DNA of 64,000 bases. Source: Candidatus Sumerlaeaceae bacterium. Its GTDB lineage: Bacteria > Sumerlaeota > Sumerlaeia > Sumerlaeales > Sumerlaeaceae. Position numbers and translations under genes: made by a program. Each line of letters opens with the position of its first letter. Positions within the stretch are counted from its first letter, which is position 1. The stretch is taken from assembly GCA_051003195.1 (NCBI GenBank), contig JBPCLP010000001.1:39838-103837 (forward strand). The letters are read 5' to 3'. The notes beneath the pieces were generated by a model. The model made no database searches. It was not told the DNA's origin and was given only the letters and a program-made list of their open reading frames with translations. Shown in pieces: positions 1 through 10,102 of the stretch.

Positions 1-28
1 CTCCAGGGCCGGGAAGTGAAACCGCGTC

Positions 29-2953
29 ATGTTTATTAAGCGGATTCGTTTGCAGGGGTTCGGACGACTGACGGGCACGTGTAATTTCGAGCAGGATAAG
101 TGCAACGTACTCTGCCAGGATAACGAGTTTGGCAAAACAACCCTGATGGATGCGGTACTCTACGCGCTGTACGATTTCCCCACGACAGGATTCAAGCGGA
201 CGGAACTGAAGCCTAAGGACCGTTACCGCCCGTGGGCTAATGGTAACGGCTCCGGATTTATTGTGGAACTGGACCTTGTTACCGGCGACGCGCGTGAGCT
301 GTGCCTTCGTGCGGACTTTTCACGCCCGCAGCCGTTCGAGCTTACGGACACGCAGACATGGCAGAAGCTGCCGCTCGATGACGCGAGCTTTGGCGAGCGC
401 TTTTTCCGCATGCCATTGCAGTCGTTTACGGGCTGTTTTTTTTACCGGCAGGATGATCGCGAAGGTACAGGGCGCGATGACCTGATTCGTGTCATCGAGG
501 AAGCGGCGGCTTCCAATCAACGCCAGCAGCCCTCATCGGTGCGCCAGGCCATCAGCGCTCTCTCCGAGGCGCGCGTGCATGTCCCGGAATTTTCCACCGA
601 CGCCATCCAGGTCGAGACTTTGATCAAGCGCATCGACGAGAAAATCGGCTCCGCACGAAATGAAATGCAGCAACTGGAAGAGGAGAAGACCAGGCGCGCG
701 GTAGAGATCATAGCCGCAACTGAAATGAATCGGCGCATTGTGGAGCTAGAATACGAGCAAGCGCGGCTGGAACACGCTGCCGTGCTGGCGGAATTGCACG
801 ACATCGAATCTACGCTGCGGCGCCATGAAGAAGTCGCGGCGACACGTGCTCAGCGCGAAGCCCGCATACTTGAACTTAAGCCGTATTCGGTTTTCGATCC
901 GGAGGACCGCTGCAAGGTACAGTCGCTTTTCGCGGACATACGCAGCGTAACTAAGCGAATGGAAGAAGCAGACGAGCGCCTGGCGAAACAACTTCGGCCC
1001 GCTTCGGAGCAGGCGGAACAGGAACTTGCCGCGTTGCCCAGTGCGGCAGCCACCTTTACGGCCGACCAGCTCGAGCAAATGCGTACATGGAAATCGCAAC
1101 TGGCCGATCGCCGGAGCCAGGCAGCAAACGAACGTCGGCGCGCCGATGGGATGGAAGCGGATTTGCGGGGACGCGGCGTTCCTCTCGAAGAAGTGGAGAA
1201 TGCAATCGCCCGGCTCGACCTGTTGACTGAAGCCGAACGCGAAATACTCCTCGATCCGACGTCCAGGCGCGCGGACGCAGAGGCGGCGCTCTCAAACCTC
1301 GAGCGTCAGGCAGCCGAAGCACGCGCACAACTAGCCCAGGCGAAGATTCAGCGTAACCAGCTTCGCACTTTCACAGGCGCGACGTTGTTGATTGCTTCAG
1401 CTTTCGTGATCGCCGGTATCGTGCTGATTCTCGCCAACTATGTCTTTGCCGGAAGCGGCGCAATCGGGATCGGTCTGGTCGGCGGCGGATTGCTTTTTGT
1501 TTATTTTACGCGGCTGCAGCGCGACCTCACCAACTCGCAACTGGAACCTGCAGCGGTACAGGAGGTAGCGCTGACCGGCGAGTCGCAAAAGCTGAAGGAA
1601 ACCGTCGACGAGTTCCGCGCGGAACTCGAAGAGGTCTGCTCGCGCCAGCAGCTTGATGAAGATTCGGTTAAAAAACTAAAAGCTGCAACGCAGTGGCTGC
1701 AGGCGGCGGGACCGTACCAGTCGGCGCGTGACGCAGCGACCCGGCTGGCAGCGGAAGCCGCAGGCATTCAGCAGCAGGCGGCAGCCGCAGTTCGCGCGTT
1801 AGTTCCAGAGATCATTTCAGATGCGGACATAAACGAGCTTGAGATCGAGCGGGCGTCGCATCTCGTCACGCGTTGCCTGGAGCTTACTGCGGCGGTCGAA
1901 CTAGGCGGCGCGAAACTCAGGGATGCTGAGGGCGAATTGGGGGAACTGCAACGCGATCACGGTTCCAAACGTGACGCATTGCTGGAAAAAATGCGGCCGG
2001 CACTGGAGTCGGTTCAGCAATATGAAGCGTCGTCCGAACTTGACGCGCTTGTCAGCGCATTTGAATCCGGGTGTGAGCAGGCAATTCGACTGCAGACCCT
2101 TCTCGCAGAAGCACAGACCGGCCCCTCGCTGGGTGAACGTGAAATCCAGGAAGCCCTTGAACGTGCAACCGCGCTGCGGACACACCTTGACGAGTTGCAG
2201 CAGTCGGAGCCGCAGCTTGCCAACACGACGCTGGATCCGCGCCCGCGCGCGGCTATCCAGGACGAACTGGCGGCGACTGCCCGCCAGCGCGAAGAACTGC
2301 GCGTACAGCGCACAGATCTGTTCAATGAGTGCGACCGCGCGGTTGAAGCATGGCGGCATGAAGGCCCTCGTCTGCAGGAGGAGCTAGACCGGCTGGCCTC
2401 GCTGCGCCAGCAGGTGCGCGAGTTTGGCGACGCGGTTGCGACTGCGCACCACGAGCTGGCGGACATCGCCGACCAGGTGTTCCGTCAGTGGGCTACTGCG
2501 ATCAACGAACGCGTTAACGAAGTACTGCCGCTGATTAACCCCAGGTACAAGGATATAGCCTGCTCTAATGAGCTGGAGCTAAGCGCCTATTCGATGGAAG
2601 TTGGACGTCGGCTGGACGGGCGCGAATTGCAGCACCTGAGCAAAGGTGCGCGCGATCAGCTTCAGATGGCGTTGCGCATTGCGGTGAGCGAATACCTGTC
2701 CGCACACGTAGGCAATTTGCCGCTCGTTTTCGATGAGCCTTTCGCACACTGGGACGACGCTCGCTTCGTAGAAGGTATGCGTTTCCTCGCGGAACTGACA
2801 CAACGCCACCAGGTCATCCTGCTGAGTTGTCATCACTGGCGCTATGACCAGTTGCGGCTAACGCACCCGGACCTGGCAGCCCGCCTGCATTTCTGCACTT
2901 TGAAGGACGAGACGGCAGTTGCTCCATCGGCACCTGCAGGAGCGTTTTTGTAA
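29..2953 (+). CDS. YhaN/SbcC-like SMC-type AAA ATPase with long coiled coil and internal hydrophobic hairpin
   Basis: Walker A QDNEFGKTTL, signature LSKGARDQL, Walker B PLVFDEPFAHWD, H-loop LLSCH; two TM-like segments mid-protein. Confidence 0.85.
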   Translation: MFIKRIRLQGFGRLTGTCNFEQDKCNVLCQDNEFGKTTLMDAVLYALYDFPTTGFKRTELKPKDRYRPWANGNGSGFIVELDLVTGDARELCLRADFSRPQPFELTDTQTWQKLPLDDASFGERFFRMPLQSFTGCFFYRQDDREGTGRDDLIRVIEEAAASNQRQQPSSVRQAISALSEARVHVPEFSTDAIQVETLIKRIDEKIGSARNEMQQLEEEKTRRAVEIIAATEMNRRIVELEYEQARLEHAAVLAELHDIESTLRRHEEVAATRAQREARILELKPYSVFDPEDRCKVQSLFADIRSVTKRMEEADERLAKQLRPASEQAEQELAALPSAAATFTADQLEQMRTWKSQLADRRSQAANERRRADGMEADLRGRGVPLEEVENAIARLDLLTEAEREILLDPTSRRADAEAALSNLERQAAEARAQLAQAKIQRNQLRTFTGATLLIASAFVIAGIVLILANYVFAGSGAIGIGLVGGGLLFVYFTRLQRDLTNSQLEPAAVQEVALTGESQKLKETVDEFRAELEEVCSRQQLDEDSVKKLKAATQWLQAAGPYQSARDAATRLAAEAAGIQQQAAAAVRALVPEIISDADINELEIERASHLVTRCLELTAAVELGGAKLRDAEGELGELQRDHGSKRDALLEKMRPALESVQQYEASSELDALVSAFESGCEQAIRLQTLLAEAQTGPSLGEREIQEALERATALRTHLDELQQSEPQLANTTLDPRPRAAIQDELAATARQREELRVQRTDLFNECDRAVEAWRHEGPRLQEELDRLASLRQQVREFGDAVATAHHELADIADQVFRQWATAINERVNEVLPLINPRYKDIACSNELELSAYSMEVGRRLDGRELQHLSKGARDQLQMALRIAVSEYLSAHVGNLPLVFDEPFAHWDDARFVEGMRFLAELTQRHQVILLSCHHWRYDQLRLTHPDLAARLHFCTLKDETAVAPSAPAGAFL

Positions 2954-3026
2954 GAGCCTCTAACGTAGTAGTCGATGCTGCAACGCAAGTACTTCAATTC
3001 CATAAACGTTTTAAGGAGCGCCGGTC

Positions 3027-4055
3027 TTGAATTCTAATACCAGCCAAACAACATCTGCTCCGTCGCCGCTCGGATTCTTCGAGGCGATGCGCGGTTACCA
3101 GCTCACTGCCGCAATGAAAGCGGCAGTCGAACTCGAACTCTTTACCGTGATTGCAGAAGGCGCAACGACGCCAGCACAGCTCAGCTCCCGGTGTAACGCA
3201 TCCGAGCGAGGAATGCGAATACTTTCGGATTTCATGGTTACGTGCGACTTCCTGACAAAAGCGGACGGGCAGTATGGCCTCACCGCTGACTCCTCCGTAT
3301 TCCTCGACAAACGCTCGCCTGCGTATTGTGGCGGCGCGGTCGCCTTTATGGGTTCCCCCTTGTTCACCGAATTGTTTCGCGACATGACTGCTGTCGTACG
3401 CAACGGCGGGGCTGTTGATCCGCAAGGCGGCACCGTTGCACCCGATCACCCGGTGTGGGTGGACTTTGCGCGCGGCATGGACCCGTTGATGGTACCGGCC
3501 GCGCAGGTTATCGCCCAGCAGATACCGGATTCCGGCAAGCCGATGAACGTCCTCGACATTGCCGCAGGTCATGGTCGCTTCGGTATCACCGTTGCGCAAC
3601 TCCATCCCAACGCAATCGTGACGGCCGTCGACTGGAAAGCCGTGTTGGAACTGGCGCTGGAAAATGCGAAAGCTGCGGGTATCGCGGAACGGTATCACCT
3701 GTTGCCGGGCAGTGCGTTCGATGTGGAGTTTGGATCCGATTACGACGTGGTGCTGATCACCAATTTCCTGCACCATTTCGATGTCCCCACCTGCGAAACG
3801 TTGCTGACAAGAGTGCATGCCGCATTGAAGCCGGGCGGCATGGCGATTACGCTGGAGTTCGTCCCGAACGATGACCGCGTAACACCCCCGGCAGCGGCCA
3901 GCTTCAGCCTGACGATGCTTGGATCGACCGCATCAGGCGACGCGTACACTTTCTCAGAGCTGGAGGGTATGTTTGACCGGGCAGGCTTTGATGCGAGCGA
4001 GCTGATGCCTCTTTCCGGAATGCCGCAGAGCCTGGTCGTCAGCAGGAAAAAGTAG
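3027..4055 (+). CDS. SAM-dependent O-methyltransferase (dimerisation domain + Methyltransf_2)
   Basis: VLDIAAGHG SAM motif, NFLHHF motif; TTG start with AAGGAG upstream. Confidence 0.9.
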   Translation: MNSNTSQTTSAPSPLGFFEAMRGYQLTAAMKAAVELELFTVIAEGATTPAQLSSRCNASERGMRILSDFMVTCDFLTKADGQYGLTADSSVFLDKRSPAYCGGAVAFMGSPLFTELFRDMTAVVRNGGAVDPQGGTVAPDHPVWVDFARGMDPLMVPAAQVIAQQIPDSGKPMNVLDIAAGHGRFGITVAQLHPNAIVTAVDWKAVLELALENAKAAGIAERYHLLPGSAFDVEFGSDYDVVLITNFLHHFDVPTCETLLTRVHAALKPGGMAITLEFVPNDDRVTPPAAASFSLTMLGSTASGDAYTFSELEGMFDRAGFDASELMPLSGMPQSLVVSRKK

Positions 4056-4187
4056 AAGGCCCCGATTCGAGCATTATTCGCCTGACTTCAGGCGGCGAAC
4101 TTTAGAATTCTCCTGATGCGGTTTGGCAATTGTCGGCGACGTGACGCGGGGTAACGCGATGCGGTTGACGCTGCGTCTTCCGCTGTG

Positions 4188-6083
4188 CTAAGTCCCCTCG
4201 AGAACGCCGGGTACCGACATCGCCGGTTTCAGCCGGCTGGCGGCGCTCCAACGCCGTGCACATTGCCCGACGATGACGAGCGCACATGTGATCATGACAA
4301 TGATCAGTACGATATCTACATAGCCGGTGGTCCGCTGTGCCGGTGTGCTGGTCTTACTCTGGATCATGGGTAGAAACTTGATATAGATCTGGTAAATACC
4401 GCCGTAGGTCGTGGTGAACAATACCCACAGCATAGGCACCATAGTGACCCAGCAATACTTCGCGCGGCCCGCGCGGATAAGCAGTGTAGTGACCACGGCG
4501 AGCGCGATGGCGGCCAGCATCTGGTTTGCGATTCCGAACATCGGCCAGATAGTATCAATGGTGCCATTGAGCAGCATCCACGCCCATGCGAACACCACAA
4601 TGCCCGAGCTGAAGATCACACCAGGCCACCAACTGGGATTGTCGAACTTTCGCGCAATTCCCCCCAGGAACCTGAATTTCGACAGGAACTCCTGCAAAAG
4701 AAACCGGGCGATTCGTGTACCGGTATCGATGGTTGTGAGGATGAACAGCGCCTCGAACATAATCGCGAAATGGTACCACAGCGCCATTGCCTTATCGCCC
4801 GAAAGCATAGGAGTGCGCGAGAAGATATTGGCGATTCCCACGGCCAATGTCGGCGCACCGCCCGTGCGACCTTCCAGGTGCTCCCCTACGCTATCTTCAA
4901 TATGGTGCAGGTGCACCGCCTTAAAGTCGTATTTTTGCTGGAGCACTTTCGCCTTCGGCGTGTTCATCAGGAAGTAATCGTTCGGTTCCAAAGCAGCAAC
5001 GGCGATCAGTGCGACAATGCCCACGAGACATTCGATCAGCATGGCGCCGTAGCCGATGGGCCGTGCGTGCGTTTCCTGGCTGATCATTTTGGGTGTTGTG
5101 CCACTGGCGACCAGCGCGTGAAATCCGCTGACGGCTCCGCACATCACTGTGAGGAACACCATCGGGAACCACCCACCGTCCACCACCGGGTTCTTCAGTT
5201 GATATGCGTATTTGGTGACGGGGGCCATGTGAATAACGGGGTTGACGATGATCACGCCGATCACCAGCAGGCCAATGGTGCCGATCTTCATGAACGAGGA
5301 AAGGTAATCGCGCGGGCAGAGCAGCAACCACACAGGCAGCACGCTTGCGATGAAGCCGTATATCGCCATGGCGTAGACGATCTGCTTCTTGTTCAACAGG
5401 AAGTGTTTGCCCCACTCCTGGGTCTGCGCGAACTGCCCCCCCCATACCGCCGCCAGCAGTAGCACAAGTCCAATCGCGGAAGCCTCCAGTATGGCGGTGG
5501 GTTTGCCATGCCGGAACATGTGCATATATACACCCATGAGTAGCGCGATTGGAATGGAACAGGCAATGGTGAAGGAGCCCCACGAACTTTCGGCCAGAGC
5601 ATTGACGACTGCCGCACCGAGCCCCGCCAGCGCAATGATGACAATGAAGAGGATTGCTACAGCGGTGACCATGCCGCCGAATGAGCCGAGTTCCTGTCGC
5701 GCGATTTCGGCAAGGCTGCGGCCGTTGCGGCGAATGCTCGCCGTAAGCACGACGAAATCCTGTACCGCACCGCCGATCACGACGCCGACCAGCAGCCAAA
5801 GATAAGTAGGCGCCCAGCCGAACTGGACGGCAAGGACTGGACCAATGAGTGGCCCGGCACCTGAAATGGCTGCGAAATGGTGACCGAACAGCACCCACTT
5901 ATTTGTCGGGTGATAGTTCTGTTTGTCGTTGAGACGATGGGCGGGCGTCTGGCGGGAATCGTCCAGTGCCATCACGCGGTAGGCGATGAAGCGACTATAG
6001 AAGCGGTAGGCGATGGTGAGCACGCAAAGCGCAGCGATGATCAGCGGCATTGCGTGCAGCGTCGATACGGAGGTTGGATTCAT
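4188..6083 (-). CDS. cstA: Carbon starvation protein A family peptide/pyruvate transporter
   Basis: VLFGHHFAAISGAGPLIGPVLA, CGAVSGFHALVASGTTPK, LTTIDTGTRIARF; polytopic membrane protein. Confidence 0.95.
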   Translation of the reverse strand: MNPTSVSTLHAMPLIIAALCVLTIAYRFYSRFIAYRVMALDDSRQTPAHRLNDKQNYHPTNKWVLFGHHFAAISGAGPLIGPVLAVQFGWAPTYLWLLVGVVIGGAVQDFVVLTASIRRNGRSLAEIARQELGSFGGMVTAVAILFIVIIALAGLGAAVVNALAESSWGSFTIACSIPIALLMGVYMHMFRHGKPTAILEASAIGLVLLLAAVWGGQFAQTQEWGKHFLLNKKQIVYAMAIYGFIASVLPVWLLLCPRDYLSSFMKIGTIGLLVIGVIIVNPVIHMAPVTKYAYQLKNPVVDGGWFPMVFLTVMCGAVSGFHALVASGTTPKMISQETHARPIGYGAMLIECLVGIVALIAVAALEPNDYFLMNTPKAKVLQQKYDFKAVHLHHIEDSVGEHLEGRTGGAPTLAVGIANIFSRTPMLSGDKAMALWYHFAIMFEALFILTTIDTGTRIARFLLQEFLSKFRFLGGIARKFDNPSWWPGVIFSSGIVVFAWAWMLLNGTIDTIWPMFGIANQMLAAIALAVVTTLLIRAGRAKYCWVTMVPMLWVLFTTTYGGIYQIYIKFLPMIQSKTSTPAQRTTGYVDIVLIIVMITCALVIVGQCARRWSAASRLKPAMSVPGVLEGT

Positions 6084-6177
6084 TCCACGCTCGTTCTAAA
6101 GTAATTGGAGGGTATCGTTTGCAGAGTGCGACCACCCGTTGGCAAGTGGAAGTCGCGGGCGCAGCAACTTCGGCGGC

Positions 6178-6744
6178 TTACTTCAACTGCGGTTGAAAAG
6201 CTTCGGCTTCGAGAAAACGGATCTGGTCCGCGCCGTTCATCGAGAGCGTCGCTTTTCCTTCAGCCAGAACTCGCCCCGCGGCATCGGTTTCCGTTGAACG
6301 CAACGTGCGGCAAACAAGGTTCAGCAGCACTGTCAGCGTCGAGTGGCGATCGCTCAACTGGAATGCGAGTTGGGGCGCGCCGGCACAGGGCGCGCGGCTG
6401 TCCGATGTATTTCCCACGGCAAGCATCGCCTTGCGCAATCGCGATACGTAGTAATCGTCCAACCGGGGCGATTCCTGCACCACAAGATAGCCCGCCAGCG
6501 TCGCCGAGTTTGTGCTGCTTTGCGAGTTTGTGCTGCTTTGTACGGCTCCAAGCAGATGGTAGGCGCTGGCAGTTTCTGCGGACTTCAGAATGCGTAGCCC
6601 GTTGGCAGTAAGCCGCTGCCGCAGCAAGCCAGTCTTGTGCTGCTTCAACAGCAGGTACCCTGCGATCATCATAGCGGCGGGTATGACGGCCAGTACGACG
6701 AAGCATGTCATTCGATTACGCGAAAATGGCGTGGCTTCAGGCAT
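6178..6744 (-). CDS. Hypothetical protein with N-terminal membrane anchor
   Basis: 188-aa ORF with one hydrophobic segment; no motif recognised. Confidence 0.5.
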   Translation of the reverse strand: MPEATPFSRNRMTCFVVLAVIPAAMMIAGYLLLKQHKTGLLRQRLTANGLRILKSAETASAYHLLGAVQSSTNSQSSTNSATLAGYLVVQESPRLDDYYVSRLRKAMLAVGNTSDSRAPCAGAPQLAFQLSDRHSTLTVLLNLVCRTLRSTETDAAGRVLAEGKATLSMNGADQIRFLEAEAFQPQLK

Positions 6745-6843
6745 TCCTGAAACTCAGCGGCAGGCCGAACCGCATGCAAAGCATATCTGAGTACGTTAAT
6801 TCCTTGCATTCTGGCACGGGATATGTAATACACTTGGGGCCAT

Positions 6844-7146
6844 ATGGAATCGCTCATACTGGATAAGAATCGGTTCATCCGTGACGAGTTTGAGTGCTTC
6901 GTCCGGATCGGCATGGATATCAACTTGCGCAGCCGCGTGCGCAGGGTTCTGGAACACCGGCTCATTACCGGAAATCCTTTCGCTGCGCTGCCCACGATCT
7001 ATTTTGAAACCCGCAGCTGCGACGGCGTGCTGAAGGAAATGTGGTACCTGGAAGCGGACTGCCACCAGCTTCGGCGGCTCCTGGAATTCCTGCGTCGTTT
7101 CAATATCGAAGATGTAAAGCTGATCGACGCGATGTTGCACCGCTGA
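6844..7146 (+). CDS. Hypothetical protein
   Basis: 100-aa ORF with protein-like composition filling the gap between genes. Confidence 0.55.
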   Translation: MESLILDKNRFIRDEFECFVRIGMDINLRSRVRRVLEHRLITGNPFAALPTIYFETRSCDGVLKEMWYLEADCHQLRRLLEFLRRFNIEDVKLIDAMLHR

Positions 7147-7165
7147 CGAAGTTTTGCGGCGCGGT

Positions 7166-8605
7166 TTAATCGACGATTCGGAAGTCTTTGAACTGCTCCA
7201 GGTTGTCGTACCAGTGAGCGGCAGCGTCGGTGTGTTCGATTGCCGCATCGGAAATCGTTTCGGCTGCACGGATTCCCATCAGCATGGAGTGATCCATGTT
7301 GTTGTGATTAAAGAGGCCCTGCCTGCCGGTGGTGACGAGGTTCGAAAACTGCCTCAAGTAACCGAAGACATTGCTCAACCGGGCCTGGTAGTCGGTCGAA
7401 TAGAGGGGATACGTGTGCGGCACCCGCACCGAGAAAGCGGTCTCGATTTCGTCTTCGCGCAGCAGGCCGGTTCGAAGAGCGTCTGACGTAACCCGCTGGA
7501 TGATTTCGGGATCACTGCGCTTCCAGAGGTCCTCGTCCCACCGCGCGGTTACCTCGAATACCACCATCGTACGGTCGGCTGGCGCCATGGAGGGATCGAA
7601 GTTCCGCGGTTCATAGCTGCGGTTAAAAACGAACTCTTCCTCGGGAAAATAGATCCATGAGTTCGTGGAAAACTGGGCCCGTCGCACGATAAGCGCCACC
7701 AGGATAAGGCCAACATAAACCAGGCCCTTTGCTGCTTCGGCGGCGCCCGGCTCTGGCCGCTCCTGTTGCAGCATTTCTACGAGATCGGTTATCGGCAGGG
7801 TCGAAATCACATAGTCGACGGATGCGCGTTCAGATACGCTGCCCGAATGTGTTTCGACCGCAGCGATGCTGTCGTCGGTAACGGCGAAACCGGTCACATC
7901 CTGTAGCGTTTCAATTCGGGTGCCGCTGGCCACTGCCTTCGATTCCAGGCTTTTCACCAGCCCCTCCACACCCCCGCGTATGTAGGCGAAGCTGCTCAGG
8001 GCACTCTGCGTTCCCTTGCGCCCTTCGCTGCGGCTTAGCAACTGCCGCACGAGACGATTTACGTTACCGGCACTAACGCGCACCCGCGCAACTTCGTCGC
8101 TGAGATCGCGCGGCGCGATCTTCCACACTTTGCGCGTGTACGGCTCGACGATGACCTCGTAAACCGCGCGTCCGAAATTGGCGATCATTGCGTCTTCATA
8201 ATTGCGCGGGCGTCCCATCAACCCGCGCAGTTTGCCGGCAACCGCGCTGAGCCCAAAGCGAGTCATTCGCACGATGCCCATCACCCGCAGCAGCTCACTG
8301 GCGCGAACGGGGTATTGATAGAAGTGTCCGTTGAGAAGCAGTTCACTTCGCCTCTGCACGGTGAGCATCTGGTCTTTTGAAATCAGTTCCGGCAGAAGTG
8401 CTTCGATCTCCGGTAGTTCGGTATAGATCCGGTGCGGCCCGAGATCGGCTGCAAATTCCTGGTTCCTCCATCCGACCGCGAGTCCGCCCACTCGCTCCGC
8501 TTTTTCCAGGATGGTGACCTGCCAGTCCGGCTGCAATTGAAGCAGACGATACGCAGCTGCAAGCCCGGCGACGCCACCACCCAGAATCACCACGCGCTTC
8601 GACAC
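7166..8605 (-). CDS. FAD-dependent oxidoreductase (protoporphyrinogen oxidase/UDP-galactopyranose mutase-like superfamily)
   Basis: VVILGGGVAGLAAAY...LEKAERVGGL, DLGPHR, GRQGLFNHNNMDHSM; GTG start at 8605 next to the pyk stop. Confidence 0.85.
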   Translation of the reverse strand: MSKRVVILGGGVAGLAAAYRLLQLQPDWQVTILEKAERVGGLAVGWRNQEFAADLGPHRIYTELPEIEALLPELISKDQMLTVQRRSELLLNGHFYQYPVRASELLRVMGIVRMTRFGLSAVAGKLRGLMGRPRNYEDAMIANFGRAVYEVIVEPYTRKVWKIAPRDLSDEVARVRVSAGNVNRLVRQLLSRSEGRKGTQSALSSFAYIRGGVEGLVKSLESKAVASGTRIETLQDVTGFAVTDDSIAAVETHSGSVSERASVDYVISTLPITDLVEMLQQERPEPGAAEAAKGLVYVGLILVALIVRRAQFSTNSWIYFPEEEFVFNRSYEPRNFDPSMAPADRTMVVFEVTARWDEDLWKRSDPEIIQRVTSDALRTGLLREDEIETAFSVRVPHTYPLYSTDYQARLSNVFGYLRQFSNLVTTGRQGLFNHNNMDHSMLMGIRAAETISDAAIEHTDAAAHWYDNLEQFKDFRIVD

Positions 8606-8606
8606 C

Positions 8607-10046
8607 TCAGTCCACATCCACCACGCGGATAAGGTTGGTGCTGCCTGGCTCGTGCAATGGCAACCCGGCCGCGACCACAAGTCGATCTCCGGGTTTAATT
8701 GCGCCGCGCTCCTTGAACACGCTGATCGCTTTGCGTATCTGCACTTCGCTTCCCTGGCGCCGCTCGGCCTCGATGTCTACTGCGCTGTCCCGCGACACGG
8801 CACACACGCCCCAGGTAAGGCACAGTTGCTGGGCCGTGCGTGGCAGCGGGCAATAAGCCAGTATTCCACCGCGTGGCCGGAAGCGCGCCACGCGGCGGGC
8901 AGTGCTGCCCCCCTGTGTCAGGCACAGTACCGCGCGCACTTTGAGTTCGCTGGCTACCATCGCCGTGGCATGCGAAATTGCCTCGGGGACATTAATGTTA
9001 TCCTCGCTGCTGCGCCGCCTGAGCCGCTTCTCGTGGTTGAAATCCTTTTCCGTCTCTTCGGAAATGCGGTTCATCATTTCAACAGTCGCTACCGGGTATG
9101 CGCCGGTCGCCGTTTCACCAGAAAGCATGACGGCGTCGCTGCCGTCGAGAATGGCGTTGGCAACGTCGGTTACCTCAGCGCGAGTTGGACGCGGCGAGCG
9201 GATCATGGAATCGAGCATCTGTGTCGCGGTGATCACAGGTTTGCCGAGTCGATTGCACAGTGCGATGACGCGCTTTTGCACGTGCGGTACGCGCTCCAGT
9301 GGAATTTCGACACCGAGGTCACCGCGCGCAACCATTGCACCATCTGCCACGTGGAGAATCTGCTCGATGTTTTCGACTGCCTCGCCTTTTTCGATTTTCG
9401 CAATCAGCGGCAGCGAACCACCCAGGCTCTGCATGAACCCGCGCGCTTCCTTCACATCCTCGGCCCGTTTCACGAAGCTGATGGCAAACATGTCGACATC
9501 GTTCTCCAGGCCGAACTCCATGTCGGCACGATCTTTCTCCGTCAGCGATGAAATGTTCAACCGGGTGTTTGGAAGGTTAAGACCCTTGTGACTGGAAAGA
9601 GGCCCGCCTCGCACGACAACGCAGTGCACTTCCGGCGCTGCGACACTCTCCACCTGCCACTCCAGGAGCCCGTCATCCAGCAGGATGTGCTGTCCGGGTT
9701 GAACATCTTCAGGAAGGTCGGCATAATTTACGCCCACTCTTGATGCCTCACCCTCGACCTGTTCCGTCGTGATGGTGATCCGGTCGCCCGCGCGCAGTAT
9801 CACGGGCCCCGCAGCAATGGTTCCGATTCGGATTTTAGGTCCGGAAAGATCGCACAGGATGCCGATGGGCTGGCCGGCAGCCCTCGACGCGGCGCGAATC
9901 ATTCGAATAACGGCGGCATGGCCCGCTTGCACACCATGACTCATATTCAGGCGAAACACATCGGCCCCGGCTGCGATAAGTGCCGCGATCATCTCGGGCG
10001 TGTTTGTCGCCGGGCCTATGGTTGCTACGATCTTTGTGTAAGCCAA
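8607..10046 (-). CDS. pyk: Pyruvate kinase
   Basis: TKIVATIGPA, FRLNMSHG, IAKIEK, MVARGDLGVE, ATQMLDSM, VMLSGETA. Confidence 0.97.
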   Translation of the reverse strand: MAYTKIVATIGPATNTPEMIAALIAAGADVFRLNMSHGVQAGHAAVIRMIRAASRAAGQPIGILCDLSGPKIRIGTIAAGPVILRAGDRITITTEQVEGEASRVGVNYADLPEDVQPGQHILLDDGLLEWQVESVAAPEVHCVVVRGGPLSSHKGLNLPNTRLNISSLTEKDRADMEFGLENDVDMFAISFVKRAEDVKEARGFMQSLGGSLPLIAKIEKGEAVENIEQILHVADGAMVARGDLGVEIPLERVPHVQKRVIALCNRLGKPVITATQMLDSMIRSPRPTRAEVTDVANAILDGSDAVMLSGETATGAYPVATVEMMNRISEETEKDFNHEKRLRRRSSEDNINVPEAISHATAMVASELKVRAVLCLTQGGSTARRVARFRPRGGILAYCPLPRTAQQLCLTWGVCAVSRDSAVDIEAERRQGSEVQIRKAISVFKERGAIKPGDRLVVAAGLPLHEPGSTNLIRVVDVD

Positions 10047-10102
10047 TGCATTCTCCGCAGGTTCTGGCGCACAAATTTACAAGCTGAGCGCGTGGAGCAA
10101 GG

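Noticed and set aside
1..39. Possible 3' end of an upstream YhaO/SbcD-like nuclease (LQGREVKPRHVY*)
   Set aside because: Too short to identify; only suggested by the usual pairing with YhaN-like ATPases
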